A stretch of DNA of 64,000 bases from Albugo candida. Lineage: Eukaryota. The position numbers were made by a program, and so were the translations under genes. Of the stretch, positions 27,729-41,701 are shown piece by piece. The stretch covers positions 310,001 through 374,000 of the forward strand of contig JBDOQK010000003.1 of the NCBI GenBank assembly GCA_040437565.1. The letters are read 5' to 3'. The number at the start of each line of letters is the position of its first letter. Within the stretch, counting starts at the first letter, position 1. The notes under the pieces were generated by a model. It was not told where the DNA came from, did not search any database, and worked only from the letters and a program-made list of their open reading frames with translations.

Positions 27729-30155
27729 ATGCAAGACGCAACACGACAAACTGATCTCGCATTCATCCTTTTTTTATCAATAGTAGAAGCACAGAAAAGT
27801 CGTTTACAGCAGGAAAAAAACTCGTGGCGATTCGGTTTGAACTATCTCTTTGAAACTTTAAAACAACACAAAGAATGGTACAGTCGAAATCAGCAATATG
27901 TGCAGCTAAACAAAGATCTCAAACGTGCGGAAGCACATGTCACCAGTATCCGATCGCTGTACGTATGTGAAGATTTAAATCGACAGGAAAATGAAAATAA
28001 TTGATTCATTTACACAGCTTATCAGAAACGGTATGCAAATTGGAGCTGGAAGCCGGCTTACGGGAAGCCGAATTGGAAGGACGAGTGGGTGCTTATAAAA
28101 CCATGTTTGAAGTCACAAGAATCATCTCCAAATTAAGTCGTCCACTAGTGAAGCTTCAGGTCTTCTATACTGCCTTACATTCTGTTGCATCATTAACTGT
28201 TGCTGGAAGCAGATTTTGAAGCCGAGTGACTCATCGATCTCGATTTATTGTGACACATTTGTGATTGACATTGCTCTCTCACAAGGCGAGGTACGTGCGG
28301 AAGATAAGTTCAAGTTGTGATAGCTGATTTTCTTAATCAAAAGGGGCTTTTAGAATCGGCATCTCTCACGACAGTCCAAAAAGGTTGATAGCGATGCTCA
28401 TTTTTAGTATGCCTGTTATTATGGATGTTCGCAACTGTTTCGTATATAGATCAATTCAAGCAATATCCAAAGCGTGATGACGAACTGATGCACTCATTAA
28501 AGCTATTGGCTGCGGGTGATAGCTCCGATTTCATGGTCAGATTACGACTGACTCGTTCAAATAGCGTAATTCCATCTTATTTTGATTTTCAAGTAGGAGA
28601 AAGTCGAAAGGCTTATTAATCGAGCGGAGTTGGCTGTCAAACACACAGACGGTGATTGGGTGTGGAACGTCACTATTCTTGCTAACAGCCTGTTGTACAC
28701 TTTCAGTCAATTTGGAACAATTGGAAGAAGACGTATTTGCCAAATTATCACGATTAAGCAAGACTCAAGTATTGCTCTCTACTCGTTTATTGCAAATACT
28801 TATCCTTGGTGCTGATCTAGTACTGGGACGTGAAGAGGGCTGTAGACGGAATACAGCTTCAATTCCGCGATCCATTCTGTTGCCTAGCGGTGTTCGAACG
28901 ACCGAAAAAGCGCACTAGATTTGATGACGTATCCAAGAATTTTGATAATATGAACAGCACCTCAGCTGATTCGAATGATGGCACAATAACTCCATCAAAT
29001 AGAAAGGGTACATCCACGTCATCACCTGAAAATGCTCTCGATCATGGCGAATGGAGTTGCACGATCAGTTTTATCGAATGGAACGGTGAAGTCGCCTTTC
29101 ATTTCTCTGGCGATAGACCGCTATTCATGGTGGGTGGACAAGCACGTCGCTTGGCAACTGAAGCGTTGGGATCCACAACTGAAAACGAAATCAATGTACT
29201 TGACGAAACTGTCTATAATCAATTTCTAAACTGGACGGATCTGAATGGAAAAAAGGCCGTGGTACCTCTACTTTATTTCTCTGGAGATTCCAGTCAATGC
29301 TTTGTGTGCCCCTCAGCGAGTGATGCTGCAATGCAGCAGGAATTCATACTAACCACTAGAGAAATCTCAGATGGGTTACAAGTGGAATCATTTCCACTTC
29401 TGGTCTCAAGCCTTTTTCTTTCTTACTCATCAGCGAACTCATCGTAAACTTTGTACATAGGTGACCAACACAACAGAAACAAACTTGGCAAGCATACTTG
29501 AAGTTGTATCGCAAAATCTATTTTTTCATTCCGTTCTATTGAGCATGTTTGGATCACCCAACAACTTATTTGGTCATCGCGTATCGCAAATGGATGATCG
29601 CGTTATTCGAGGTATGTCGGTTGAGCGCACAAATGCACTTCTCACACCATTCTATCTCAAGCAATGTTTAGGGTGGATGTCCAGGCTCCCCATCAAGTGA
29701 CTTTGAAAACGTCCGATTTTCTTACACCCGGGAAACATTTTTTGATTGACTTTCACCTCAAGTCCGATATGACAATCGATACAAATATCAAATTCAATGA
29801 GCCTGCAGATTCTCCGAAAGGTAGCGAAACACCTGCCGATGAAGCCGAGTCTACGATTGAGCAGCAACGTCAATGCTCACCGGATCTTGAATGCCTAAAT
29901 TCTATTCTTCAGAAAATGGCTTTCGCTTGCCACTCCGTCCCACTGTTGTTGTACCACGCAATGGTCAAAGTACGAGATGGTCAGTCAAAAGAGTCGATAT
30001 TGAGCACACTTTTAGAGAGAGAAACATCGATAGAAGAAATGCAGGAAACTCTCACACCTCGCACACTTGACACGGAAGAGTTTGAAGACGCTGATCTGTC
30101 AGCATCTATCAAACTAGAAGGAGAAGAGGCGATACTGGATGACATGATGTATTAA
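27729..30155 (+). CDS. Mediator subunit 1 (MED1)-like protein (multi-exon)
   Basis: FYCDTFVIDIALSQGE, ELMHSLKLLAAGDSSDFMEKVERLI, LASILEVVSQNLFFHSVLLSMF and KMAFACHSVPLLLYHAM follow the order of conserved Med1-domain blocks. Similarity judged by eye only. Confidence 0.5.
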
Positions 30156-30207
30156 ATAAAATATCAATTTGATGCTCTCATCGAATTTTTTCCTTTGATC
30201 AACCTTC

Positions 30208-31734
30208 TCAACCAAAATACAAGTAGATCTTTATTCTTGAAGCCAGTTGACACATGCTGAGGGAAAGTGTACTTTGTGTGTCCAGATTGAGATTTGATGC
30301 GCACCGCAAGAGATCCTCTAGATCTGCCTGCCCAATTGTTTCTTCAGTGAGGCCAACCTTGTGGCATGTCATTTCACGTCGTTCGCCAAATTGCTTTTCC
30401 AAAAAAGAGTGAAATAAGTCACGTTCTGATTTCGTCCATCGATGTCTCCAAATACTATGGAATGTCAATGTCTGCCCAGAGAGACGGAACAACTGCTTCT
30501 TTCCGGATATATACGCTTCCTGTTCGTTCAATCTTTTCATAGTTGTCGCTCGATAACTGGGACTAGTTCCGACAAGGCGCTGAACGAGATCATCCAAAGC
30601 TCGGTTTCGCACAGGTACCAGCTTGATGGAACCTCGACACTGCGGGCAGGATAACGATGTGCGAAACCAGTTCCCCACGCAGAAGCCGCAGAACGTATGT
30701 GAGCAATCAAGTGTAACACTTCGCTGGAAGTATTCTAAGCATATTGAGCAAATCAGGAAGCGCTCATCATCTTCATTCTTCAGCATGTGATTCAACTCCT
30801 TTATGCAATGTCGCCCACGTTTGCGCGTTGGATTTTCACAACATTCGAGAGTCTCTTCAGCTTTTTCTGCTTGCAAAATTGTGGACTCATTCCCATCTCG
30901 TTTCTTTTCATACCGGTTGGATGGAGCTGTGGTAGTATTGATGATCCTTGGCGACGATAAGAAAGATGGTCCGTCTTGACGGTCGGCAGAAATCGCAGCA
31001 ATATGATTGTTATAAGAGTTATCTGTTTCCAAATTACGAGAATCCTGCGCTGTACCATCGATGGATGTCCATTGATCTTGAACGGAGTCGTTGTTCACAC
31101 GAGCAAATACGCTCAAAATGATTCGCGAATACCGCTCATCGGCAAAGGAGATACGCAGTCGGACAGATTGTCTTGCTACGACAGATGAAAGTAAAATATC
31201 ATCTCCATCAAACAGCCGTTTAGAACTTCCTGTCGTTACTTGCTCTCCATTAATACTTGTTCCATTCAGAGAGCTTAGATCCTGTAAGATCCATTTTATC
31301 TCTGATCCCTCATTCAAAGATGTTTCATGATGAGAATTGTGATTGGATTGACAAGGATAGAATTCGATCTCTTCGTCTTGAGATGTTTTGAGTGTCTGCG
31401 ATGGGAATATCCGGACGTGGAATTTGCTCACTGTTCTCGTTTGCTCAGAGGTGAAAATGCTCAATTCACACTTTCTGCTTCGACCAACTGTAAATGAATC
31501 CAAAAAGGAGATTCTGGCGAGCGGTACTGTCGTTTCGGGAAATAAGGCTAAGGGACGCACATTCCGACTCGGAATGGTGTTTGGAATATTTCTCGGTGAG
31601 TCATAATAAGGAAAATGCGGCGTTCTCGGAGATCCATATGACGCTCTATCAGAATGCGATACATCCTCTGGCCAAACATCAGCTTCAGTAATGACTGGTC
31701 GATCCCGAAGTGCTTGATCATTCTGCTCGTGCAT
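30208..31734 (-). CDS. FHA + RING E3 ubiquitin ligase (CHFR/RNF8-like)
   Basis: FHA motifs TVGRSRKC, VSKFHVRI, LQDLSSLNGTSING; C3HC4 RING CSICLEYFQRSVTLDCSHTFCGFCVGNWFRTSLSCPQCR. Confidence 0.92.
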   Translation of the reverse strand: MHEQNDQALRDRPVITEADVWPEDVSHSDRASYGSPRTPHFPYYDSPRNIPNTIPSRNVRPLALFPETTVPLARISFLDSFTVGRSRKCELSIFTSEQTRTVSKFHVRIFPSQTLKTSQDEEIEFYPCQSNHNSHHETSLNEGSEIKWILQDLSSLNGTSINGEQVTTGSSKRLFDGDDILLSSVVARQSVRLRISFADERYSRIILSVFARVNNDSVQDQWTSIDGTAQDSRNLETDNSYNNHIAAISADRQDGPSFLSSPRIINTTTAPSNRYEKKRDGNESTILQAEKAEETLECCENPTRKRGRHCIKELNHMLKNEDDERFLICSICLEYFQRSVTLDCSHTFCGFCVGNWFRTSLSCPQCRGSIKLVPVRNRALDDLVQRLVGTSPSYRATTMKRLNEQEAYISGKKQLFRLSGQTLTFHSIWRHRWTKSERDLFHSFLEKQFGERREMTCHKVGLTEETIGQADLEDLLRCASNLNLDTQSTLSLSMCQLASRIKIYLYFG

Positions 31735-34700
31735 GTTTGGCTCGCGCACGTTTATGCTAGAGTTAGAACCGGTAAAACCGAATTTAAATGATGCACGATA
31801 CTAGAAACAAGAAATGTCAATCATTGAAGCAGGAATGTTTGTGAATTTATTTCAATTTCAATCATCGTTGGTGCATTATTGTATATTTACTTAAATATAG
31901 TACCAGAAAATACCCATCCTTCAGTAATCATTTCGGTTGTCTCAGACGAGCACATCGGCAACATGTCGTTCACACGAGCATGTGTATCAGAGCGAATCGA
32001 TTTTCAGAGCTTCTTGCGGGCTTGTTTATGTGAAAAGCGGGGTTGAACTTACAGCGTAGTGATTTGCGCTGATTGATCTCAAGACTGCTACTACATTCAA
32101 ACATGCTCTTTTAGACCAGAAAAGGATTGGTAGCATGCGATGCTTCTTTGCTTCTTAAGCCGTTTAGATATTTAGAAAGTAAATTCAAGGTTTGAGAGCG
32201 TCAAGTGTCATCGATAAAACTAGGTGATGAAGGTGATTGAATAGAAAATATTGGATTGTCTACAGATTTGATATCAGCATTCCCAACACGATGAAGGGAT
32301 GCGTCAAGATTTTATCCGAATCGCCTTTTTTATGCTGGTCCATTGCCTGAGCAAATGCCCCCATCTACGATCACTCGACTCTTGCCGAAACAGAATAACG
32401 AATCATAATCAGGACTGGAATATTCAAGTCCACATTCCAGACACACAGCTCCAACGCAAGAAAATCAAACGGGTTTATAAAGCGATCTGAGCCCTCATGC
32501 ATGATGTCTGATTCTCCAAATGCATGTGCAGCACCTCAATTAACATCGACATTTAGTGTGCGATACAAAAGTATAATGTAGCCAATGACAGGTGCAGTGA
32601 TCTCTTGAATATGAAGCATGAGCGCCGATATTCTCCTCGTGATACACCAAAAAAAAGACTTCATGCTGCATCACCCCATAAAGCTCATCCTGTCTCAGTG
32701 TCTTCTTTCGCTCCCATCGATACACTTCAACAAATGATTAGTCTTCTCGCGCAAAATCTTTTCGACTCGGCCCAAATTATCGGAGATTTTTTGTTAGCTT
32801 ATGCTCTGAAAACAGCGGACTCTCCAATATCATCGAAAGATTCTTTCCTCGCAAGCTATGATGTGACACTAATGAGTAAGCATCTTCTTCCCNNNNNNNN
32901 NNNNNNNNNNNNNNNNNNNNNNNNNNNNNNNNNNNNNNNNNNNNNNNNNNNNNNNNNNNNNNNNNNNNNNNNNNNNNNNNNNNNNNNNNNNNGTCGTTCG
33001 CCAAATTGCTTTTCCAAAAAAGAGTGAAATAAGTCACGTTCTGATTTCGTCCATCGATGTCTCCAAATACTATGGAATGTCAATGTCTGCCCAGAGAGAC
33101 GGAACAACTGCTTCTTTCCGGATATATACGCTTCCTGTTCGTTCAATCTTTTCATAGTTGTCGCTCGATAACTGGGACTAGTTCCGACAAGGCGCTGAAC
33201 GAGATCATCCAAAGCTCGGTTTCGCACAGGTACCAGCTTGATGGAACCTCGACACTGCGGGCAGGATAACGATGTGCGAAACCAGTTCCCCACGCAGAAG
33301 CCGCAGAACGTATGTGAGCAATCAAGTGTAACACTTCGCTGGAAGTATTCTAAGCATATTGAGCAAATCAGGAAGCGCTCATCATCTTCATTCTTCAGCA
33401 TGTGATTCAACTCCTTTATGCAATGTCGCCCACGTTTGCGCGTTGGATTTTCACAACATTCGAGAGTCTCTTCAGCTTTTTCTGCTTGCAAAATTGTGGA
33501 CTCATTCCCATCTCGTTTCTTTTCATACCGGTTGGATGGAGCTGTGGTAGTATTGATGATCCTTGGCGACGATAAGAAAGATGGTCCGTCTTGACGGTCG
33601 GCAGAAATCGCAGCAATATGATTGTTATAAGAGTTATCTGTTTCCAAATTACGAGAATCCTGCGCTGTACCATCGATGGATGTCCATTGATCTTGAACGG
33701 AGTCGTTGTTCACACGAGCAAATACGCTCAAAATGATTCGCGAATACCGCTCATCGGCAAAGGAGATACGCAGTCGGACAGATTGTCTTGCTACGACAGA
33801 TGAAAGTAAAATATCATCTCCATCAAACAGCCGTTTAGAACTTCCTGTCGTTACTTGCTCTCCATTAATACTTGTTCCATTCAGAGAGCTTAGATCCTGT
33901 AAGATCCATTTTATCTCTGATCCCTCATTCAAAGATGTTTCATGATGAGAATTGTGATTGGATTGACAAGGATAGAATTCGATCTCTTCGTCTTGAGATG
34001 TTTTGAGTGTCTGCGATGGGAATATCCGGACGTGGAATTTGCTCACTGTTCTCGTTTGCTCAGAGGTGAAAATGCTCAATTCACACTTTCTGCTTCGACC
34101 AACTGTAAATGAATCCAAAAAGGAGATTCTGGCGAGCGGTACTGTCGTTTCGGGAAATAAGGCTAAGGGACGCACATTCCGACTCGGAATGGTGTTTGGA
34201 ATATTTCTCGGTGAGTCATAATAAGGAAAATGCGGCGTTCTCGGAGATCCATATGACGCTCTATCAGAATGCGATACATCCTCTGGCCAAACATCAGCTT
34301 CAGTAATGACTGGTCGATCCCGAAGTGCTTGATCATTCTGCTCGTGCATGTTTGGCTCGCGCACGTTTATGCTAGAGTTAGAACCGGTAAAACCGAATTT
34401 AAATGATGCACGATACTAGAAACAAGAAATGTCAATCATTGAAGCAGGAATGTTTGTGAATTTATTTCAATTTCAATCATCGTTGGTGCATTATTGTATA
34501 TTTACTTAAATATAGTACCAGAAAATACCCATCCTTCAGTAATCATTTCGGTTGTCTCAGACGAGCACATCGGCAACATGTCGTTCACACGAGCATGTGT
34601 ATCAGAGCGAATCGATTTTCAGAGCTTCTTGCGGGCTTGTTTATGTGAAAAGCGGGGTTGAACTTACAGCGTAGTGATTTGCGCTGATTGATCTCAAGAC

Positions 34701-35225
34701 TGCTACTACATTCAAACATGCTCTTTTAGACCAGAAAAGGATTGGTAGCATGCGATGCTTCTTTGCTTCTTAAGCCGTTTAGATATTTAGAAAGTAAATT
34801 CAAGGTTTGAGAGCGTCAAGTGTCATCGATAAAACTAGGTGATGAAGGTGATTGAATAGAAAATATTGGATTGTCTACAGATTTGATATCAGCATTCCCA
34901 ACACGATGAAGGGATGCGTCAAGATTTTATCCGAATCGCCTTTTTTATGCTGGTCCATTGCCTGAGCAAATGCCCCCATCTACGATCACTCGACTCTTGC
35001 CGAAACAGAATAACGAATCATAATCAGGACTGGAATATTCAAGTCCACATTCCAGACACACAGCTCCAACGCAAGAAAATCAAACGGGTTTATAAAGCGA
35101 TCTGAGCCCTCATGCATGATGTCTGATTCTCCAAATGCATGTGCAGCACCTCAATTAACATCGACATTTAGTGTGCGATACAAAAGTATAATGTAGCCAA
35201 TGACAGGTGCAGTGATCTCTTGAAT

Positions 35226-37430
35226 ATGAAGCATGAGCGCCGATATTCTCCTCGTGATACACCAAAAAAAAGACTTCATGCTGCATCACCCCATAAAGCT
35301 CATCCTGTCTCAGTGTCTTCTTTCGCTCCCATCGATACACTTCAACAAATGATTAGTCTTCTCGCGCAAAATCTTTTCGACTCGGCCCAAATTATCGGAG
35401 ATTTTTTGTTAGCTTATGCTCTGAAAACAGCGGACTCTCCAATATCATCGAAAGATTCTTTCCTCGCAAGCTATGATGTGACACTAATGAGTAAGCATCT
35501 TCTTCCCGAAAATAGTGGGAACTGCATGATGGCGTGGACTCCGGAGTCCTTACCTCGTCACTTCCACGTCACTGTTTTGTACTTCTATGCTGAGGTTCTG
35601 ACACATAAACGAGAATGGTTGCGCGCCAAGGTACGCTTCGTGAACAGCGGAATACCTATTATATCACCAACGCGTTTTAGAGACACTACCAACGCGCATT
35701 GGAGGTATTAGTTTCCTGTGAATTTGCCACAGGGACTCAATTGCAAGCTCGAACCGAAAGGGAAAGACTCAAATTTAAAATGACCAAATGTATGGTAGAA
35801 TTGGGAGAAAACCAGAAAGCAATCCAAGCGGTATGAGTGTCGATTTTTATCACTTGATCGAGCATGAAGCTTGTTGATTCAGGTGAGTGAAATTCCGATA
35901 GAATTCCGGAATTTAGAAATGCATATAATGCTTGGGAGCTTGTATCGCTCGAGCGGCCTTTTTCATAAAGCAAAAGAATATTACCAGGCTGCACTTTGGT
36001 GAGAAGCGGGCTTTATTGATAATTAGTCGATAACAAACTATCCTGATTGTAGTCAGAATCCATATGCCTTCGAAGCCACGATTGCACTGGCCGAGATAGA
36101 TGGATCAAGTGCATCAATGTCGAAGGAAGAAAAAATACTCCCGATTGAGAACTTTTATTTGTCTACTTATACCATAGATCCGACTCAATCTGAGTCAGAT
36201 ATAGACAACCTTGGCTGGCTTCATACGCTGGCTCTTGCACATTTAGCTTCAGAGCGTGGGCAGTTCCAATGTAGGTGTTCTTTATGAAGTTTTATGCAAC
36301 TGTCTTGACAAGATCGGTGTACCAGTGGCTCTGACAAATTTGGATCTTCTAGAAGAATGGTTTCCAGAGAATCTCCATTGTACTTTGTACCGCGGTAAGC
36401 TAGAAATGGATCGAGGCCTTTTATTCCAAGCATATTCAGCGTTTGGCAAAGTACGTGACCTCCTTACATATAATCGTAACGACTAAATGACACACTTAGG
36501 CCCGACAGATAGATGACCTGAATCTGGCTTTCATGGATCACTACGCCAAAAGCTTGCGCAGAAATGATGCCAAAGTCCAGCTCTGCAATTTGGTCCAAGA
36601 TTTATTCCAGATAAGCGATGAGGCTGCCATTCCTTGGCTTGCTGCCGCTTATTACAGCGAACTCAAACAAGAACTTGACACCGCCTTACATTTTTCCGAA
36701 CGCGCCATTTTGATCGACTCACAATATTTTGAAGCCCATCTATTTCGCGGAACCTTACAACTGCAGTTGAATCGCGCCGAGGAAGCATTACTTTCATTCA
36801 CAGCTTGTTGCAAGCTGAAGAAGACACTCGACGCATTTGCTGGAATGATTAATTCTTACTGTGAATTATGCTTCAATGGGAGTAATCGATATAAAGAAGC
36901 GTTGGCAACAGCAAAATCGGTGGTCAGACTGTATCCACATAATGCGCAAAGTTTTGTGCTTCTTGGAAATGTTTTAATGCTCCGAGATGAAAATCGCTCT
37001 CACGCTCGACGAGCTTTTCAGCGCGCTTTGTCACTCGACAACACCAACCGTAACGCGACTTTCGGTATTGTCGAGCTGTGCATTGCTGAGGAGGATTATA
37101 CGGCTGCGCTTGGACGGTAAGCGACGTTTACCTCGTCTGTGTGAGTTCGTTACGTGTATAACGCTATATAGACTTCATGGAATGGCTAACGAAAGTGCAA
37201 GTGAGGAGATTTTCCTGAAATTGGGCAATATCTACACTTTGAAAAAAGCGTTTCCAGAAGCAATGGAGCAATATAATAACGCGCTAAGCATAAATTCGTT
37301 TTCTAGTGCTGCTATTAGTGCGCTGAATCGCTTGGATGAACTTATGCAGACGCAAAATTCCGACCTACCGAACATTCTCGAACAAGCAATTGATTCCAGT
37401 AACCAAGGCGACAGCATGGATCCCTCTTGA
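35226..37430 (+). CDS. ANAPC7: Anaphase-promoting complex subunit 7 (TPR)
   Basis: LLAQNLFDSAQIIGDFLL, YAEVLTHKREWLRAK|RHYQRAL, LKFKMTKCMVELGENQKAI, IPIEFRNLEMHIMLGSLYR, MDHYAKSL, multiple TPRs, ending ALNRLDELM. Confidence 0.85.
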
Positions 37431-38476
37431 ATGACTACTTCTTGAAGGTCAAGCGGTTGATACACTGGCGGCTAGTAACGGCATATCATTTATGGCAGAA
37501 ATCTTCAAATAACAACATTATATAGACTGATATTGAGCTACCCCACTTGCTTTCGATATTGTACACCGCGAAATTCAAAAATAGCTTCTTCAGTGTTACA
37601 ATTTCTCGCATGCTGTCTGGATGTATGTCACACGGCGACTATGATACGAGCCAGGGAGGTCACATTTGATTTTTCCATTGCGGTACTGCAACACATTGGA
37701 TCGTACGCTTATAGCTGGCGGTATGATGCAGTGCGTTTTGTATTCGTTAATCTCAATAATCTTAACACATCTCGCTGGTATTGAGAGCGTACAAGATTGC
37801 GTCGTCGCTTTTTGAATGGCTATCAATGTCTCCAGCCGCCATGCTAATGTCCCACGAGCCTTCTTAGTTTTAGTGGAAAAAGTGTAGAGGCTAAACGGGT
37901 TCGAATTCGGCATATCCGATATTCCATAGGTACATACAGCGCGTACATCGTCATCTCTGATTTTTGCAGGTGGAAGAATATCTTCCAAATCTTCCGCTTT
38001 CTGCCAGTTCTAATCCCAAGTTTGCAACATGTATTTATTAACTCGACATACTGTAATTAAAAAAAAGTTGTCGGGATATCAATACCCTATATTTATAGTT
38101 AAATATGGAGCTGTGATAGATTCTTCGGACGTTTACGTGAAGAAACGAGAAGCTCAATACAGATCGGTACGTGCGATAAGTCAACTCAAGGACTTCGAAA
38201 GCATCGAGCGCATTGAAGAATATGCTTCTGCTGATCCTTACAGAAGCCATGATGAAGAGCTGCTACTCATTGGACGCATTCAAAGAGCCATAAGAAAGTA
38301 TACATAAATATAGATCGCTGATATCATATAATATCCATTCTATGCAATTGAATCTACCAGTATTCGATATTACTTTTACATTATTACGCTGTAAATGACA
38401 ATCTTTGTAGTTATTACTCAAATAATTTTAGGCTTCCAATTTTTTCGAAGCATTCGAAAAAAACCCAGCACACGAA

Positions 38477-40347
38477 ATGTTTTCTCTACAAAAGCATTAT
38501 GCCACACGATACATCCGTCAACTAAATCCGTTGCTTCGACAATACAGCTCGGACAAACTCTCTATTCTAAAGCAGCTCGAAATTAAAGAAGAAAATTGCG
38601 GCGTGTATGGCGGGGAATGGTTCGGGAATGGACCAATACTTGATTCTATCAATCCCGCGGATAACACAGAAATTGCAAGCGTTCGTAGTGGTAATCACAA
38701 TGACTACCAGAAAGTCATTGAAGCAATGAATGCGGCTAAACCGCTATGGGCGCAAACTCCAGCACCACTCCGAGGAGAAGTTGTCCGACAAATCGGTGAC
38801 GAAATGAGACGAAACAAAAACGCACTGGGAGCAATAATTGCGCTGGAAATGGGAAAAATAATGGTTGAGGTACTAAACAATAGAGAAAATCGATCTGTAA
38901 TGCCGTATCAATAGAGTCATTGCATTCTGTAGGCTCTTGGAGAAGTACAGGAAGCAATTGACATTTGCGATTTTGCGGTTGGATTGAGCCGAATGCTGAA
39001 TGGATCTATAATTCCTTCTGAAAGACCCGGTCACTTCATGATGGAGCAATACAATCCTTTGAAAGGACATGTTGGAATTATTACTGCGTTTAATTTTCCA
39101 TGTGCCGTACTGTTCTGGAATGCCGCGATTAGCTTGGTTTGCGGCAACACGCACATTTGGAAGCCTTCCGAGTCACTTTCATTGACTTCGATAGCTTGTA
39201 ATAAAATCATTACCAGAGTGTTAGAAAGAAATGGCTTCCCAGGTGCTATATCGTCATTGATATGTGGCGAGTACGTAAATATACATAAGTCGATAACTCG
39301 GAGTGCTGATTCACTCGGGCATTTAGAGGTTTAACAATCGGGGAAGCACTAATTCAGGATCAACGTGTCGAGCTGGTTTCATTCACGGGATCTACACAAG
39401 TCGGACGACATGTAAATCAAGTTCTGGCAACGCGATTCGGGAAAAGCATACTTGAACTGGGAGGGAATAATGCGATGATTATTGACAAGGATGCAGATCT
39501 TGAGATGGCTTTACGAGCAACCTTGTTTTCAGCCGTTGGGACAGCTGGACAGCGATGCACATCATTGCGTCGACTATATCTTCATTCGGACATTTATCAG
39601 CCTTTTTTGAAACGACTTGTTTCAGCCTACAAGAAAGTCCGCATCGGAAACCCTTTGGAAGATGGTGTACTGTGTGGGCCTTTGCATAACAAAGAGGTCT
39701 GAAGGTTCGATTTGGTACCTTGAAGTATCTGATTATGTTGACTTGCTTTTCAGGCTGTACAAAAGTATCTGGAAGGCGTACAAGCGATTAAGAAACAAGG
39801 AGGAGAGGTTCGCACAACTCTCACCATCTGAAAAAAATTAAAGCCTTCCACGTGTAGGTGCTTGTCGGAGCAAAAAAAGTCAAAGGCGGGGGAAATTTTG
39901 TGGAGCCAACCATTGTAGCCATTCCGCATGATGCGCCGATTGTTCAGGTGAAAACGTCATCTTTTCCCTGCATAATGTGCTCATATTTGCATTCACCGAC
40001 AGCAAGAGATCTTCGCTCCGATTTTGTACGTCATGAGCTTTCAGTCGCTGGAAGAAGCCATTCAAAAAAATAATGCTGTACCACAAGGCCTATCTTCCTC
40101 GCTCTTTACAGCTAATCAAGCCGCCATTTTCAAATGGACTGGACCGGGTGGGTCGGATTGTGGGATTGTCAATGTCAATATTGGGCCAAGCGGCGCTGAA
40201 ATCGGAGGAGCCTTTGGCGGTGAAAAGGATACCGGAGGCGGTCGTGAATCTGGAAGCGATGTATGGAAGCAGTACATGCGTCGATCTACTTGCACTATCA
40301 ATCATAGCGATGATCTTCCGCTAGCTCAAGGAATTGACTTTAGCTAA
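38477..40347 (+). CDS. ALDH7A1: Aldehyde dehydrogenase family 7 (antiquitin / alpha-aminoadipic semialdehyde dehydrogenase)
   Basis: [96 protein letters not shown]. Confidence 0.96.
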
Positions 40348-40541
40348 TCGGAAGCAAGAAATTTAATGTTGGAAGCTCCGTCTACGTTTAAACAGCACCA
40401 GAAGCCGCTGACGTCCTTTGGTATAAGGTCGTTAGGTTGTAGCACCGTAGGAGAGGCGAATAACGAGGATTCCCGAATTTACCTTCAACGACAAGTTGTT
40501 ATCTTTTTCCTATCGCTGCTACAGTTCTGCGTCACATTCCA

Positions 40542-41303
40542 ATGAGTTGCTGTCCAGCGTCAAGCCTTCCTCCTACAGACCCGAACATCGGAATCGGATG
40601 TGTGAAAAAGTACGGCCAAACAACAATTTATGTCACGGGACCGCCTAAAGCCAAAGCTGGACTTTTAGCCCTACCTGAGATATTCGGTCTTGAAAGCGGT
40701 CGTATACGAACGGATGCTGATCGTTTGGGAGAACTTGGATACGCTGTTGTCCTGGTGGATTTGGCGGATGGGGATTATGTGAAAGAGGTTGACGATACAT
40801 TGCAAGGATGGCTTAGAAAGCATCCTTGGGATTCGACCATGAAGAATCACCTACAAGACGCAATGGAGTATCTACAAGGAGAAGCGCATGTGGAGCGCAT
40901 GATGAGTTACGGCTACTGCTGGGGAGCTTGGGTCGGTGCTCATCTATCAGCGATGGAAGCTTCCCCTATCCTTGGTCATGTATCTTTTCATCCGTCCTGG
41001 ATTGTTGAAAATTATTTGAATGGAGAAGGTGCCGTGAACGAGCTCGCAAAAACGATCAAAGTTCCGCAGCTTCTTCTATCTGCCGGTGATGATCCTGACT
41101 TTATACGACACGATGGAGCCGTTCACAAGATATTGTCCTCTATCGACAAGATCGGACAACATTGTGAAATTTTAGACTTTCCAGAGATGAAGCACGGTTG
41201 GGTCACTCGTGGTGATCTCAACGATCCTGATAGTCGGGATGCGGTCTTCAGAGCATGGCACAAAGATGCTCTTCCTTTTATTCAAAAGCTCTGTCCTGTC
41301 TAA
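40542..41303 (+). CDS. Dienelactone hydrolase family protein
   Basis: Single-exon 253 aa; MSCCP start, PEIFG, nucleophile motif GYCWGA, SFHPS, AGDD, MKHGWVTRGD. Confidence 0.92.
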   Translation: MSCCPASSLPPTDPNIGIGCVKKYGQTTIYVTGPPKAKAGLLALPEIFGLESGRIRTDADRLGELGYAVVLVDLADGDYVKEVDDTLQGWLRKHPWDSTMKNHLQDAMEYLQGEAHVERMMSYGYCWGAWVGAHLSAMEASPILGHVSFHPSWIVENYLNGEGAVNELAKTIKVPQLLLSAGDDPDFIRHDGAVHKILSSIDKIGQHCEILDFPEMKHGWVTRGDLNDPDSRDAVFRAWHKDALPFIQKLCPV

Positions 41304-41701
41304 CATTTCAATTCAAAGTCTTAGCAAGTTGTATTGTCTAACAGCAATGGAGCTGTGTTCATTCCTTTAATTTGCAATTCTTGGATTACCGCGCATTACA
41401 AATCATTTATGTTGATTTTTGCACGCATTAGCTTATCTGATGTTCCCGACCATACACGGAGTCCTTCAAACAGACTAGCAGCGCAAAAGCTAAACCCATC
41501 GTGCAAAGGGTTCGTAGATGCCGATCAGATGGTCACAATGTTTGAAAGGATGACAATTTGTCAATATGACACCAATAGCATTGTCGGTTCTGGCTGCTTG
41601 AGTTGAGTCAATTTACAGCATTCATTCATCTGTGTTCAGTTTGCTTTCGAACTCATGCCCTTCCTTTACTCAGATCTGATCTTATCAATTCATAGAGTCA
41701 G

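Noticed and set aside
31750-32600. Possible box C/D snoRNA motifs in the FHA-RING/APC7 intergenic region
   Set aside because: Isolated TGATGA/CTGA words without a convincing terminal stem or rRNA guide.
32993-35507. Second FHA-RING gene copy, and the extra APC7 5' fragment at 32611-32892
   Set aside because: Appears identical to 30378-32892 and abuts a 100-N gap; unmerged contig overlap.
37596-38307. Divergent ORFs of 130 aa (minus) and 92 aa (plus; RSVR...EE reminiscent of RxLR-EER)
   Set aside because: No signal peptide and no recognisable domain; may be chance ORFs or decayed genes.
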